From positions 1 to 64,000 of IMG/VR virus record IMGVR_UViG_3300020057_000027: 64,000 bases of DNA; one strand, written 5' to 3'. The notes under the pieces were generated by a model. It ran no database searches. It was not told the origin of the DNA and saw only the letters and a program-made list of their open reading frames with translations. The DNA is from a virus. Each line of letters begins with the position of its first letter. Positions within the stretch are counted from its first letter, which is position 1. Shown one piece after another: positions 36,952-45,573 of the stretch. A program made the position numbers and the translations under genes.

Positions 36952-37073
36952 AAAAATGGATTTATATGTTTGATGAAATAGTAGAAATTGTTGAAATTGG
37001 ATACGAAGACGTTGTGGATATTGAAGTGTCCGGTAATAATTTATTTTATGCCAATGACATCTTAACGCATAAT
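36652..37073 (+). mobile_element. Naturally split intein (gp41-1-like): IntN 36652..36948, IntC 36966..37073
   Basis: IntN CLTLDS...IKCSARHLFP...GLKIG; IntC ...DIEVSGNNLFYANDILTHN|S in a different reading frame. Confidence 0.92.
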
Positions 37074-37445
37074 TCAGGCTTTGTATCCACTGATATTGGA
37101 TTAGAAAACACCTCCGAGAGTTTTGGTTTACCGGCCACGGCAGATTTTATGGTTGCACTTTGGACTACAGAAGAGTTAGAAAAACTTGGACAAATAGTTG
37201 TAAAACAACTCAAAAACAGGTATAATGATGTAACAACATATAAAAAGTTTGTAGTTGGAATAGATCGATCTAAGATGAGATTATTTGATCTTGATGAAAG
37301 CGCACAAAAAGGTTTACAAGATTCTGGCACAGGCGATGACAAAGACGATGATGTTCCAGCATTTGATAAATCAAAATTTGGTAATGGGATGAAAGCAGAA
37401 AATAAAGTTTATGACAAGTCTAAATTCTCCGATGTTAATTTTTAG
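36966..37445 (+). CDS. gp41: Split-intein IntC fused to helicase C-terminal part
   Basis: After HN: SGFVSTDIGLENTSESFGLPATAD, KQLKNRY, GIDRSKMRL; ATG 36966 preceded by GGA. Confidence 0.93.
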   Translation: MFDEIVEIVEIGYEDVVDIEVSGNNLFYANDILTHNSGFVSTDIGLENTSESFGLPATADFMVALWTTEELEKLGQIVVKQLKNRYNDVTTYKKFVVGIDRSKMRLFDLDESAQKGLQDSGTGDDKDDDVPAFDKSKFGNGMKAENKVYDKSKFSDVNF

Positions 37446-37983
37446 ATAACTTCTTTGCCATATATTTGTTAATATTTAATTGTCTACACGCCTCTCTAAT
37501 ACTTACATATTCTATATTGTTTATAGTAATTGGTTTTCTATTGGGTTGTAGCATTTGATTTCCTTTACTTTTGGATGATTTTTCTTTAAAAATTGTTTTT
37601 GTTTTTTTGGTATGTTTCTTTCCATAAAAGGGATTATTAATTCCTTTTCTTTGTTTACTTAATTTATCTTTCTGTTTTTGTGTCCAGCTTCTACCACAAG
37701 TTCCATCTCCACCTTCAGTTGAATTAAATCCACATTTGAATGTGTTGTATTTTTTAATATATTCTTTTTCCTTGTTTTTTGCTTCTATTTGTGTTAAACT
37801 ATCTTCTAATATGATAAAAGAAAATGAATCCCATCCATATTTGCCTATGGCATTAGATATGTGGGTATTGATGTGTTTATATGAATGTTTGTGCCAACAT
37901 TTTCTGGCTGTAGGATCTTTACTCAATCCTATATATTTACGTCCTGAAATAATATGTTCTAAACAATAGATAGACCAATTCAT
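37435..37983 (-). CDS. Free-standing GIY-YIG homing endonuclease with NUMOD3-like motif
   Basis: IYCL...KYIG, GFN.TEGGDG, NPFYGKKH. Confidence 0.9.
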   Translation of the reverse strand: MNWSIYCLEHIISGRKYIGLSKDPTARKCWHKHSYKHINTHISNAIGKYGWDSFSFIILEDSLTQIEAKNKEKEYIKKYNTFKCGFNSTEGGDGTCGRSWTQKQKDKLSKQRKGINNPFYGKKHTKKTKTIFKEKSSKSKGNQMLQPNRKPITINNIEYVSIREACRQLNINKYMAKKLSKN

Positions 37984-38835
37984 ATGAATAATACTTCAAC
38001 AGTAGATGATAATAAGTATTTAGTGAATCCTCCATTTAAGTGGGTTGGTGGAAAAAGAAGATTATTACCAAAAATAGTACCTTTACTTCCAGAAAAATAT
38101 AATGGTTATTATGAGCCATTCTTGGGTGGTGGTGCCCTATTCTTCCATCTTCAACCTAAAGAAGCATATATCTCAGATGTTAATGCTGAATTGATTAATG
38201 CGTATCAAACTATTAAAAATCGTTTAAGTCTTTTAATTGTAGAATTAAATAAGTATGAAAATAATGAAGATTACTTTTTATCAGTCAGAGAACTTGATAG
38301 AGATCCTAAAGTGTTTTCTAAGCTTAGTTCAGTTCAACGTGCTGCCAGGTTTATTTACTTAAACAAAACTTGTTTCAATGGTTTGTATAGAGTAAACTCA
38401 AAAGGCCAGTTCAATGTTCCATTCGGACATTATAGTTCACCAAACTTCTTAGATATAGAAAATCTTAATGCGTGTTCACTAGCATTAAAAAATACTACGA
38501 TATCATGTGAAAGTTTTACTTCTGTTTTAAGTTATGCTGAATATGGAGATTTTGTTTACTTTGACCCTCCATATATTCCAGATGGTATCAGTTCAACTTT
38601 TACCCAATATACTAAAGATGGTTTTGGTATGATTGAACAACAAGAGTTATTAGATGTTTGTCATCTATTAGATGCTCGTGGAGTTAAATGGATGCTTTCT
38701 AATTCTTCTGCTCCGATAGTCTATACTATGTACGAAAAGTTTAACATTGACACAGTAGAGGTTAATAGAAGCGTTGGTGCTAGTGCTGAGAGCCGCAGAA
38801 AGGTGAACGAAGTCATAGTCAGAAATTATAAGTAA
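37984..38835 (+). CDS. dam: Dam DNA adenine methyltransferase
   Basis: KWVGGK, EPFLGGG, YLNKTCFNGLYRVN, FDPPY, MLSNS. Confidence 0.93.
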   Translation: MNNTSTVDDNKYLVNPPFKWVGGKRRLLPKIVPLLPEKYNGYYEPFLGGGALFFHLQPKEAYISDVNAELINAYQTIKNRLSLLIVELNKYENNEDYFLSVRELDRDPKVFSKLSSVQRAARFIYLNKTCFNGLYRVNSKGQFNVPFGHYSSPNFLDIENLNACSLALKNTTISCESFTSVLSYAEYGDFVYFDPPYIPDGISSTFTQYTKDGFGMIEQQELLDVCHLLDARGVKWMLSNSSAPIVYTMYEKFNIDTVEVNRSVGASAESRRKVNEVIVRNYK

Positions 38836-38866
38836 ACTAATTTGGATTCAGACGGCACCTTATTGC

Positions 38867-38874
38867 GATAAATA
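38867..38874 (+). promoter_or_regulatory. Putative late promoter (GATAAATA)
   Basis: Near-consensus T4 late box in the intergenic gap before ORF 38906; same variant precedes gp23 (3360). Confidence 0.55.
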
Positions 38875-38905
38875 TAATAAGGTTAATACAATGTTTGGAA
38901 TCTGA

Positions 38906-40126
38906 ATGATTACGTTTAAGAAATACATAACAGAAGCCGCAGAGGGTAAGAATACCCATCTTGAACACATAGAAGACGAAGTGTTCAATGGTGGTATTGC
39001 TGGCACACGTAAGGCGATTGCTTTCTTAATCAGTCTTAGAAAGATGTTAGCTGGACACGCTAAAAGCAAAGTCAACGTAACGGCCAAGTGGGATGGCTCT
39101 CCAGCCATTATCTGCGGAATCGCCCCTGAAAGCGGTAGGTTTTTTGTTGGTACTAAAAGTGTATTCAATAAAGACGGCAAGATCAATCACACAGTAGCAG
39201 ACATAGAAAGAAACCACACAGATCCGGTATTACGAGATAAACTTGCGATGTGTTTGCAGCATCTCCCTAAATTGGGTATTAAAGGTATTCTTCAGGGTGA
39301 TTTACTTTTCACTCAAGGTGACGTTAAAACAGTAGATATAGGCGGCGAATCACATCTAGCATTCAGACCTAATACTATCACATATACAGTACCGACCAAT
39401 AGTGAGCTAGCTAATACAATATCAGCAGCTAAACTTGGTATAGTGTTTCATACATCTTATACTGGACAAAGCATTCTCACATCCAAGGCATCGTTCGGTG
39501 TTGATTCATCAAAATTAAAATACACACCAGACGTTTGGGCTACTGATGCAACATTTAGAAACGTGTCAGGCACAGCAACATTAACTAAAGACGAAACAGA
39601 AGAAGTTACCGCCTTGTTGGTTGCCATCAAGCAACAATTTTCATCAATGGATTCTAAAGTGGTAAACTATATCGCATCAAATCTAAATCTAAGATCCCTA
39701 ATCAAAATGTATAGTAATAGTCAAATTAGAGTTGGTGTGGGTATCACAGGTAGCCAAGCATATGCAGCAGGTTTGGTGGATTTTATCGAGCAGCGATATA
39801 GAAAAGATGTGTCAACACTCAAGACGGAAAAAGGCAAAGCGGGAAAAGAACTAGTATTGAATGAACTTAAAGAACTGCTTCGTGAGCACTCAGATCAACT
39901 GATTTTAATGTTTAGTGTCGCACAACTAATTGCCGAAGCTAAGAGTTTATTAATAGCCAAACTTAAAACAGTTAAAAGTTTAGGCACGTTCTTAGAAACC
40001 CCCGATGGGTTTAAGGTGATATCCCCAGAAGGCTTTGTCGCTATCAATGCAAGTGGCTCGGCAGTCAAACTGGTTGACCGACTGGAGTTTTCTCGTAACA
40101 ACTTCAATCTAGCAAAAACGTGGTAA
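38906..40126 (+). CDS. Ligase-superfamily (RNA ligase-like) protein, putative internal head protein
   Basis: KWDG (motif I), LQGD (III), PEGFV (IV), VKLV (V); N-terminus MITFKKYITE-A. Confidence 0.6.
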   Translation: MITFKKYITEAAEGKNTHLEHIEDEVFNGGIAGTRKAIAFLISLRKMLAGHAKSKVNVTAKWDGSPAIICGIAPESGRFFVGTKSVFNKDGKINHTVADIERNHTDPVLRDKLAMCLQHLPKLGIKGILQGDLLFTQGDVKTVDIGGESHLAFRPNTITYTVPTNSELANTISAAKLGIVFHTSYTGQSILTSKASFGVDSSKLKYTPDVWATDATFRNVSGTATLTKDETEEVTALLVAIKQQFSSMDSKVVNYIASNLNLRSLIKMYSNSQIRVGVGITGSQAYAAGLVDFIEQRYRKDVSTLKTEKGKAGKELVLNELKELLREHSDQLILMFSVAQLIAEAKSLLIAKLKTVKSLGTFLETPDGFKVISPEGFVAINASGSAVKLVDRLEFSRNNFNLAKTW

Positions 40127-40127
40127 T

Positions 40128-40472
40128 ATGTACGAATATAAAGCAAAAGTATTAGAAGTAATAGACGGCGATACGATAGATGTTATTATTGATCTTGGTT
40201 TTGATGTTAAGTTCGTTTCAAGATTGCGTCTGTATGGTATTAATTGTCCAGAGAGTAGAACTAGAGACAAAGTAGAAAAAGTAAAAGGCCTAGCTGCCAA
40301 AGCAAGATTGAAAGCTCTTATACAAGATAAAGAAGTTGTAGTAAATACATTCAAAGATAAAGAAGAAAAGTTTGGTAGAATGTTAGCAAACATTACATTA
40401 GATGGTACACTTATTAATGATCAATTAATTGTTGAAGGTCACGCCGTAGCTTATTTTGGAGGCAAACGATAA
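40128..40472 (+). CDS. Thermonuclease (SNase-like)
   Basis: VIDGDT, RLYGINCPE, KFGRMLA, EGHA. Confidence 0.92.
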   Translation: MYEYKAKVLEVIDGDTIDVIIDLGFDVKFVSRLRLYGINCPESRTRDKVEKVKGLAAKARLKALIQDKEVVVNTFKDKEEKFGRMLANITLDGTLINDQLIVEGHAVAYFGGKR

Positions 40473-40903
40473 TGAAAGCATTTACACAATATCTAAAAGA
40501 AGCTTCGGGTGATAAAGTTGGTGAGCCGCATACTCCACTTAAAGGACACACAGACGAAAAGACTGCATTTGTTGTTGATGATTATCCTTACGGATTTCAT
40601 GCAAGAACACAAATTAGATATTGGGTAGAATATAAGAAAGGTAAAGGTTGGAGATTTGTAGCTCAAACACTAGACCCAAAAAGACAAAGATGGAATAAAC
40701 CTAAAGCAGAAACCTACGTAGATTTTGGTGGGTTCATGTTTAAAGATGCTAAGGGTTTTGTTGGCTTCAAAGGACTTAGTCAATATTCAGATTTAGAAGA
40801 GCAAAAGCATTGGTTGCAACATTATAGAAACTATCTTGACAGTACGGGCATAGCAGTGATAGAATATATCATAAAGCGAAAGACTGAAATGGAAGCAAAA
40901 TGA
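40472..40903 (+). CDS. Hypothetical, putative internal head protein
   Basis: N-terminus MKAFTQYLKE-A resembles the T4 capsid-targeting sequence. Confidence 0.55.
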   Translation: MKAFTQYLKEASGDKVGEPHTPLKGHTDEKTAFVVDDYPYGFHARTQIRYWVEYKKGKGWRFVAQTLDPKRQRWNKPKAETYVDFGGFMFKDAKGFVGFKGLSQYSDLEEQKHWLQHYRNYLDSTGIAVIEYIIKRKTEMEAK

Positions 40904-40945
40904 AAGCTAATCCACCCACACATACGATTAAACAATACGAATAAT

Positions 40946-41947
40946 ATGAAGACTCTTTCTGAAATACGACAAGCAAAGACTGCCGTATTTACCTTTGGTA
41001 GAATGAATCCGCCTACGGCAGGACATGAAAAACTCATTCGCAAAGTATTAGATGTTGCTCATTCTAAAGGTGCTGATCCTTTTGTGTACGTTTCTTTTAC
41101 ACAAGACCCATCAAAGAATCCATTAACAAACAAACAGAAAATTAAGTATATCAGACTTGGTGTTCCAGAAGCCGCTAAAGCAATTAAAGAAGACCCTAAA
41201 GTAAGAACACCATATCAAGCAATAACTAGATTAATTGAATTAGGTTATCAACATATTATAATGGTAGTTGGTGATGATAGAGTAAAACAATTTAGAAAAG
41301 AAATTACTCCATATGTTAATCATCCAGATAAGAAAAAATCATTTGAAATTGATAAGTTTGAAGTAGTATCAGCAGGAGAAAGAGATCCTGATGATGAGGG
41401 TGTGACAGGTATCAGTGGCACTAAGATGCGTGAAGCTGCCATTCATAACAAATATTCAAATTTTCGTCAAGGCGTTCCTTCTGGTTTAAGTGATCGTTTC
41501 TCAAGAGAAATGTTTGAGCTAGTTAAAAAAGGAATGAAGATCGCTGAATCAATACTACGAACACAAGGTAGTCTTAATATACCAAGAAATAAGATGCCTC
41601 AGATCATGCAAGATCATATTAAAGAGTTTATTAAAGAGTTAGAGAAAGAAGGTATTCCAGTTAGCATGAGAAGTGTTCCTATAAGCACGTTGAAACCTAC
41701 TCAGAAAGAAGTAAACAGCGAGAAGATTTTGAAAAAAATGGATGCATTAAGTTCAGGTGCTACTCCCAAGCCGTTCATTATATCAATAGACAATTTCGTT
41801 TTAGATGGGCATCATCAATTTTATGCTCTAAAAGAGTTAGATTCCAAGAGTAAAGTTGTAGCTTACATTGTTGGATTAAAAATGAATGAGCTATTAAAGT
41901 ATGCCCATGATTTTGATAAAGTTGGGTATAAAGAAATAGACGAATAA
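40946..41947 (+). CDS. HIGH-family nucleotidyltransferase fused to a ParB/Srx-like domain
   Basis: FGRMNPPTAGH and SGTKMRE; C-terminal LKPTQ...VLDGHH. Confidence 0.8.
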   Translation: MKTLSEIRQAKTAVFTFGRMNPPTAGHEKLIRKVLDVAHSKGADPFVYVSFTQDPSKNPLTNKQKIKYIRLGVPEAAKAIKEDPKVRTPYQAITRLIELGYQHIIMVVGDDRVKQFRKEITPYVNHPDKKKSFEIDKFEVVSAGERDPDDEGVTGISGTKMREAAIHNKYSNFRQGVPSGLSDRFSREMFELVKKGMKIAESILRTQGSLNIPRNKMPQIMQDHIKEFIKELEKEGIPVSMRSVPISTLKPTQKEVNSEKILKKMDALSSGATPKPFIISIDNFVLDGHHQFYALKELDSKSKVVAYIVGLKMNELLKYAHDFDKVGYKEIDE

Positions 41948-41958
41948 ATAGAGGTACT

Positions 41959-42504
41959 ATGAAGAAGTTTAAAGTTTATATAAAAGAATCCACTGGTGCT
42001 GTCAATCAGGTTGTTTGGCATGGTGCTGATAAAGGTTCTGCTATCATCATGGTTCCTAAACAAGATTTCAATAAAAATAGAGATCTTGCCACATTAAAAC
42101 TTTTAAAGGCCAAAGTTCCTAGAGCAAGAGCATTAACAAAATTCAAAGCAGATAGTAACTTGATTCGCCAAGCAGGCGGAGCAAACGAAGGTGAATATTA
42201 TTTGGTTCACGTAGACTTTACAACCAGAGAACTAAATGAAGCTGCCGATGAAGGTCCTCCATCATCTACTGAACTAGCTAAAGATAGACACGATAAAGAA
42301 AAAGACGATCTCAAAAGACGCCAAGATTTGGATAATGAAAAAGCTAGAGAGACAGATTTCAGAAAGAAAGAAGCAGACAGAAAACGTGAAACTCAAAAGA
42401 AAGACTCGGCCGCCCGATCTAAAAAAGTTAATGAGTATCTGGAAGATGGAACAGATGAGTTAGTATCCACATATAAGAAATATGTTCCAGGTCAGAATAA
42501 ATAA
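41959..42504 (+). CDS. Hypothetical, putative internal head protein
   Basis: MKKFKVYIKE-S; late-like box AATAAATA at 41943. Confidence 0.55.
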   Translation: MKKFKVYIKESTGAVNQVVWHGADKGSAIIMVPKQDFNKNRDLATLKLLKAKVPRARALTKFKADSNLIRQAGGANEGEYYLVHVDFTTRELNEAADEGPPSSTELAKDRHDKEKDDLKRRQDLDNEKARETDFRKKEADRKRETQKKDSAARSKKVNEYLEDGTDELVSTYKKYVPGQNK

Positions 42505-42578
42505 TCCTTGACTTTATAGATGATACATATATAATGGTACTGTAGTAATGTTTATTATTAAATGAATGGAGAATAATT

Positions 42579-42848
42579 ATGTCTAACAAAACTAAAGAAG
42601 CCGCAGCCCCAGCACCACAAGTTCAAGAACTTACTGCTGAACAGGAAATTCAAGTGCTACGACAAGCTCATGAATTTTTTGGTAATTTTAATGCTGTACC
42701 TGGCTTTGCCGCATCTAAATGGGGCCAAGCCCTTGATGCTATCGCGCTAGTAGCAAATTCACTGATTAAGAAAGCTGGACTTCTAACACCTGAAGTTTCA
42801 GAGCCATCGGAAGATGAATCTGATTCTGATGCTCAGCCTTCTGCTTAA
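42579..42848 (+). CDS. Hypothetical protein
   Basis: SD GGAG, upstream TTGACT...TATAAT. Confidence 0.65.
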   Translation: MSNKTKEAAAPAPQVQELTAEQEIQVLRQAHEFFGNFNAVPGFAASKWGQALDAIALVANSLIKKAGLLTPEVSEPSEDESDSDAQPSA

Positions 42849-42890
42849 TCCAAGCCAGTAAGCCACAAACACAACTAAATAAGGTTAGCT

Positions 42891-43050
42891 ATGCCAACCT
42901 ATGAATACGAGTGTAAGAGTTGTGGAATTTTATGTTGAAGACAGGAAAGAATGGTGTAAAGATAATAATCTTTATTATCCAACGATTAATAAAAATTGGA
43001 GAAAAAAATAAACCATATAAAGGATATTTCGGAGTTAAACAATGTCAGTA
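42891..43050 (+). pseudogene. Scar: truncated FmdB-type zinc ribbon plus homing-endonuclease C-terminal remnant
   Basis: MPTYEYECKSCG then stop; followed by KEWCKDNNLYY...KPYKG broken by a frameshift. Confidence 0.5.
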
Positions 43051-43929
43051 ATTTGCGCCAAATATTTTCAGGATGTTGGGTGGGTGTTGGCCAAAAATAG
43101 GGATCAGACATACAAGCCAACTGTAAGAATCCGTAAATCTTTTAGACGTGATATTGAGCGTCTTTATATCTGGGATGAATTCACAAAATATACTGAAGGA
43201 CTTAATGAGTTTGGAGTGGGAATCGTATCTGCTAAGATTGACTTAGAAGATTATGATTTTAAGGGTGCTAAAGATTCACAGATAGAAGATTTCAATCCAA
43301 GTAAAAGAACCTATTATTCTCCTGATGGACTTCGTATCCGTACTGCTCTATTTGAAGCTGATGTTTTAAAAGCTACAAAACGATTAATTGACTTTGAAAT
43401 TACTGGTAACACAATCATTGCAGATAAAGATAGATGTTTTGTGTTTGAAGGTGCATACATTACCAATGGTGATGAAGAAGAGAAATACGTTTATAAAGTG
43501 TTAGAAGTTCCACAAGATAAGTTTGTCGTAAGAACCAATCACGGCATCATGTTACCGTTTACTGGTTTTCAATCTGATATACCAAAACAGTCGGCAGATA
43601 GAGCAAGTTCAGAAGTAAGATATAAGACAGTCAATGAAGGCTTAAAGAAAGCTAATTCATTTCAAGAACTGCTTGAAGTCATATCAAATAAAGACGATCC
43701 TAATCCACAGGTAAATCCACTACGAATGGACGTAACTAAAGGTTCTCAAAGAACTACAGGTCAAATAATAGTGGTTCCTTCTGAGAATACATTGCACTAT
43801 AGAGCGATCTGGTGTGAAACTATGTTCGACTTAGAAACACTAAATAAAGAAGAAGAAAAGACCTTTTTTGAAATAGTGTCTACTCGTAAATTAATAAGTT
43901 TTAAAGAAAAGCTCAAAGGAGAAGAGTAA
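43042..43929 (+). CDS. Ntn-hydrolase-like protein
   Basis: N-terminal M-S-VI..., AKNRD, EGLNEFG, RTNH, SS..R. Confidence 0.7.
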   Translation: MSVICAKYFQDVGWVLAKNRDQTYKPTVRIRKSFRRDIERLYIWDEFTKYTEGLNEFGVGIVSAKIDLEDYDFKGAKDSQIEDFNPSKRTYYSPDGLRIRTALFEADVLKATKRLIDFEITGNTIIADKDRCFVFEGAYITNGDEEEKYVYKVLEVPQDKFVVRTNHGIMLPFTGFQSDIPKQSADRASSEVRYKTVNEGLKKANSFQELLEVISNKDDPNPQVNPLRMDVTKGSQRTTGQIIVVPSENTLHYRAIWCETMFDLETLNKEEEKTFFEIVSTRKLISFKEKLKGEE

Positions 43930-43930
43930 A

Positions 43931-44995
43931 ATGTTTAAGAATCTTCCAAAAGACTTGATTGATGCCGCCTCAGGTATCATGAAAGAAAGTTCTAACAATC
44001 GTTCAAAGTCATATCGTAAGCTTGTTAAGGAAGCTCTTAAAGCTTTTAAAGTAAAATCAATCACACAGTTAAGCGAATCAGAACAACATCTTTTTGCTAC
44101 TTGGGTAGCCAATCGTTTAGATGAAGCTTGTGGTTGTGGTTACTCAGAAGAAAGTGATGACGAATTGCTACACAAGAAAGCTGCCGTAGATGCTCAGTCA
44201 GGACTTCCCGAATTAGGCGAAGAAGACGAAAAAGAATTAGACGAAGAGGAAGACGAAGAAGATAAGTTAGAAGAATCCGATGATTCTGATGAAGACGATC
44301 TTAAAGAAGAAGACGAAGAAGATAAACTTGAAGAAGAGGAAGATGATGAAAGAATTGATGGCCCTGCCTCGGCCAAGAAAAATGCTCCACTTCCTGGTGC
44401 TGCTCTTAGTTCATTAACCGCTGGCGATGATAGCGATGAATTAAAAGACAAAGATGAACTAGAGGAAGAAGAGGAAGATAAAGATCTAAACGAATCATTC
44501 AAAGTTGGTGATGTTGTTTATGTTAAAACTGGTCCACTAAAAAACTATCCGCATAAAATTATATACGACAACAAAAACGGATCATATAATGTTGTAGCTC
44601 CTGGAGCTCCGAACAGATTAAATTACCGCCAAGGCGCTGCATCTGCTAAAGCTTCTGAGTTATCAAGTAAACTAATCAAAGAAGATTATTGTTCTCCTGA
44701 ACCTCTTGCGGCCATCGGTGCAAGATCTGGATTAGAAAACCCAAAACACGTTGACATTATTAAAGATATTGATGTTGTGTCTGGTATTAATACTTATAGA
44801 CTATTAATTAATTATGTAAATGGCCGCCCAGAGATTATACCTTCTGTAGATCTTCCTGGAGCTCCTTCGGTTGAAGCATTAGCTGATCTTGTTTCTGGTT
44901 TTGAAGATGTTGATGGTGTAATTAGTCAGGCGATAGCCGACGCACTTGATGTGCCTTCTGAAAGACCAGTTTACAGAGGCAATGATAAAACTTAA
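43931..44995 (+). CDS. Acidic repeat protein, putative prohead core/internal protein
   Basis: Many L.E motifs; shares ESD.SDEDDLKEE and ELDEEEDE with gp22. Confidence 0.6.
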   Translation: MFKNLPKDLIDAASGIMKESSNNRSKSYRKLVKEALKAFKVKSITQLSESEQHLFATWVANRLDEACGCGYSEESDDELLHKKAAVDAQSGLPELGEEDEKELDEEEDEEDKLEESDDSDEDDLKEEDEEDKLEEEEDDERIDGPASAKKNAPLPGAALSSLTAGDDSDELKDKDELEEEEEDKDLNESFKVGDVVYVKTGPLKNYPHKIIYDNKNGSYNVVAPGAPNRLNYRQGAASAKASELSSKLIKEDYCSPEPLAAIGARSGLENPKHVDIIKDIDVVSGINTYRLLINYVNGRPEIIPSVDLPGAPSVEALADLVSGFEDVDGVISQAIADALDVPSERPVYRGNDKT

Positions 44996-45007
44996 ACCCT
45001 GGCTCTA

Positions 45008-45562
45008 ATGAAAAGTTTAAAAGACTTTATTGTAGGTAAAGAACTTCCTGCCATATATCTTGATATGGACGAGACAATAGTAGATTGGTATCAAGGGGCC
45101 GACGCCGCGCTAGAAAAGTTTGGTTATCCAAAATGGACACATGAATTTTGGAAACAGTATACTAATGACGGAGCAGATGCAATCAGATGGGCGGTTCTTA
45201 ATAAGATACCACATTTTTGGATTAACCTTAAATGGATGAAAGACGGTAAGAAACTCTGGGAGTTTGTTAAACCATATAAACCCAATATTTTGAGCGCATA
45301 TTCAGATTATTCTCCTACAAGCATTCCAGAGAAGCAACAATGGATAGCAAAGAATCTTGGACTAAATAACCTTAGCAATGTTCATTTTGTTGGTCGTAAA
45401 GATAAGAAGAAATATGCGGTAGCCGCAAACGGTAATCCTAATCTTTTGATTGACGATTATGATAAAAATTGTAATGAATTTAGAAGTAGTGGTGGCATAG
45501 CAATTCAAGTCACCAATGTTTCGGAAGTTATAAGTAAATTAAAAAGTCTTGGATTTAAATAG
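45008..45562 (+). CDS. HAD-family 5'(3')-nucleotidase
   Basis: YLDMDETIVD, LSA, K..W, LIDD...N...F...GG. Confidence 0.88.
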   Translation: MKSLKDFIVGKELPAIYLDMDETIVDWYQGADAALEKFGYPKWTHEFWKQYTNDGADAIRWAVLNKIPHFWINLKWMKDGKKLWEFVKPYKPNILSAYSDYSPTSIPEKQQWIAKNLGLNNLSNVHFVGRKDKKKYAVAANGNPNLLIDDYDKNCNEFRSSGGIAIQVTNVSEVISKLKSLGFK

Positions 45563-45573
45563 GAGAAAACAAC

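Noticed and set aside
36914-36973. 19-aa mini-ORF (MIKKVMKNGMFFEKMDLYV) across the gp41 split as a functional gene
   Set aside because: Too short and AT-rich to distinguish from chance; at most a remnant
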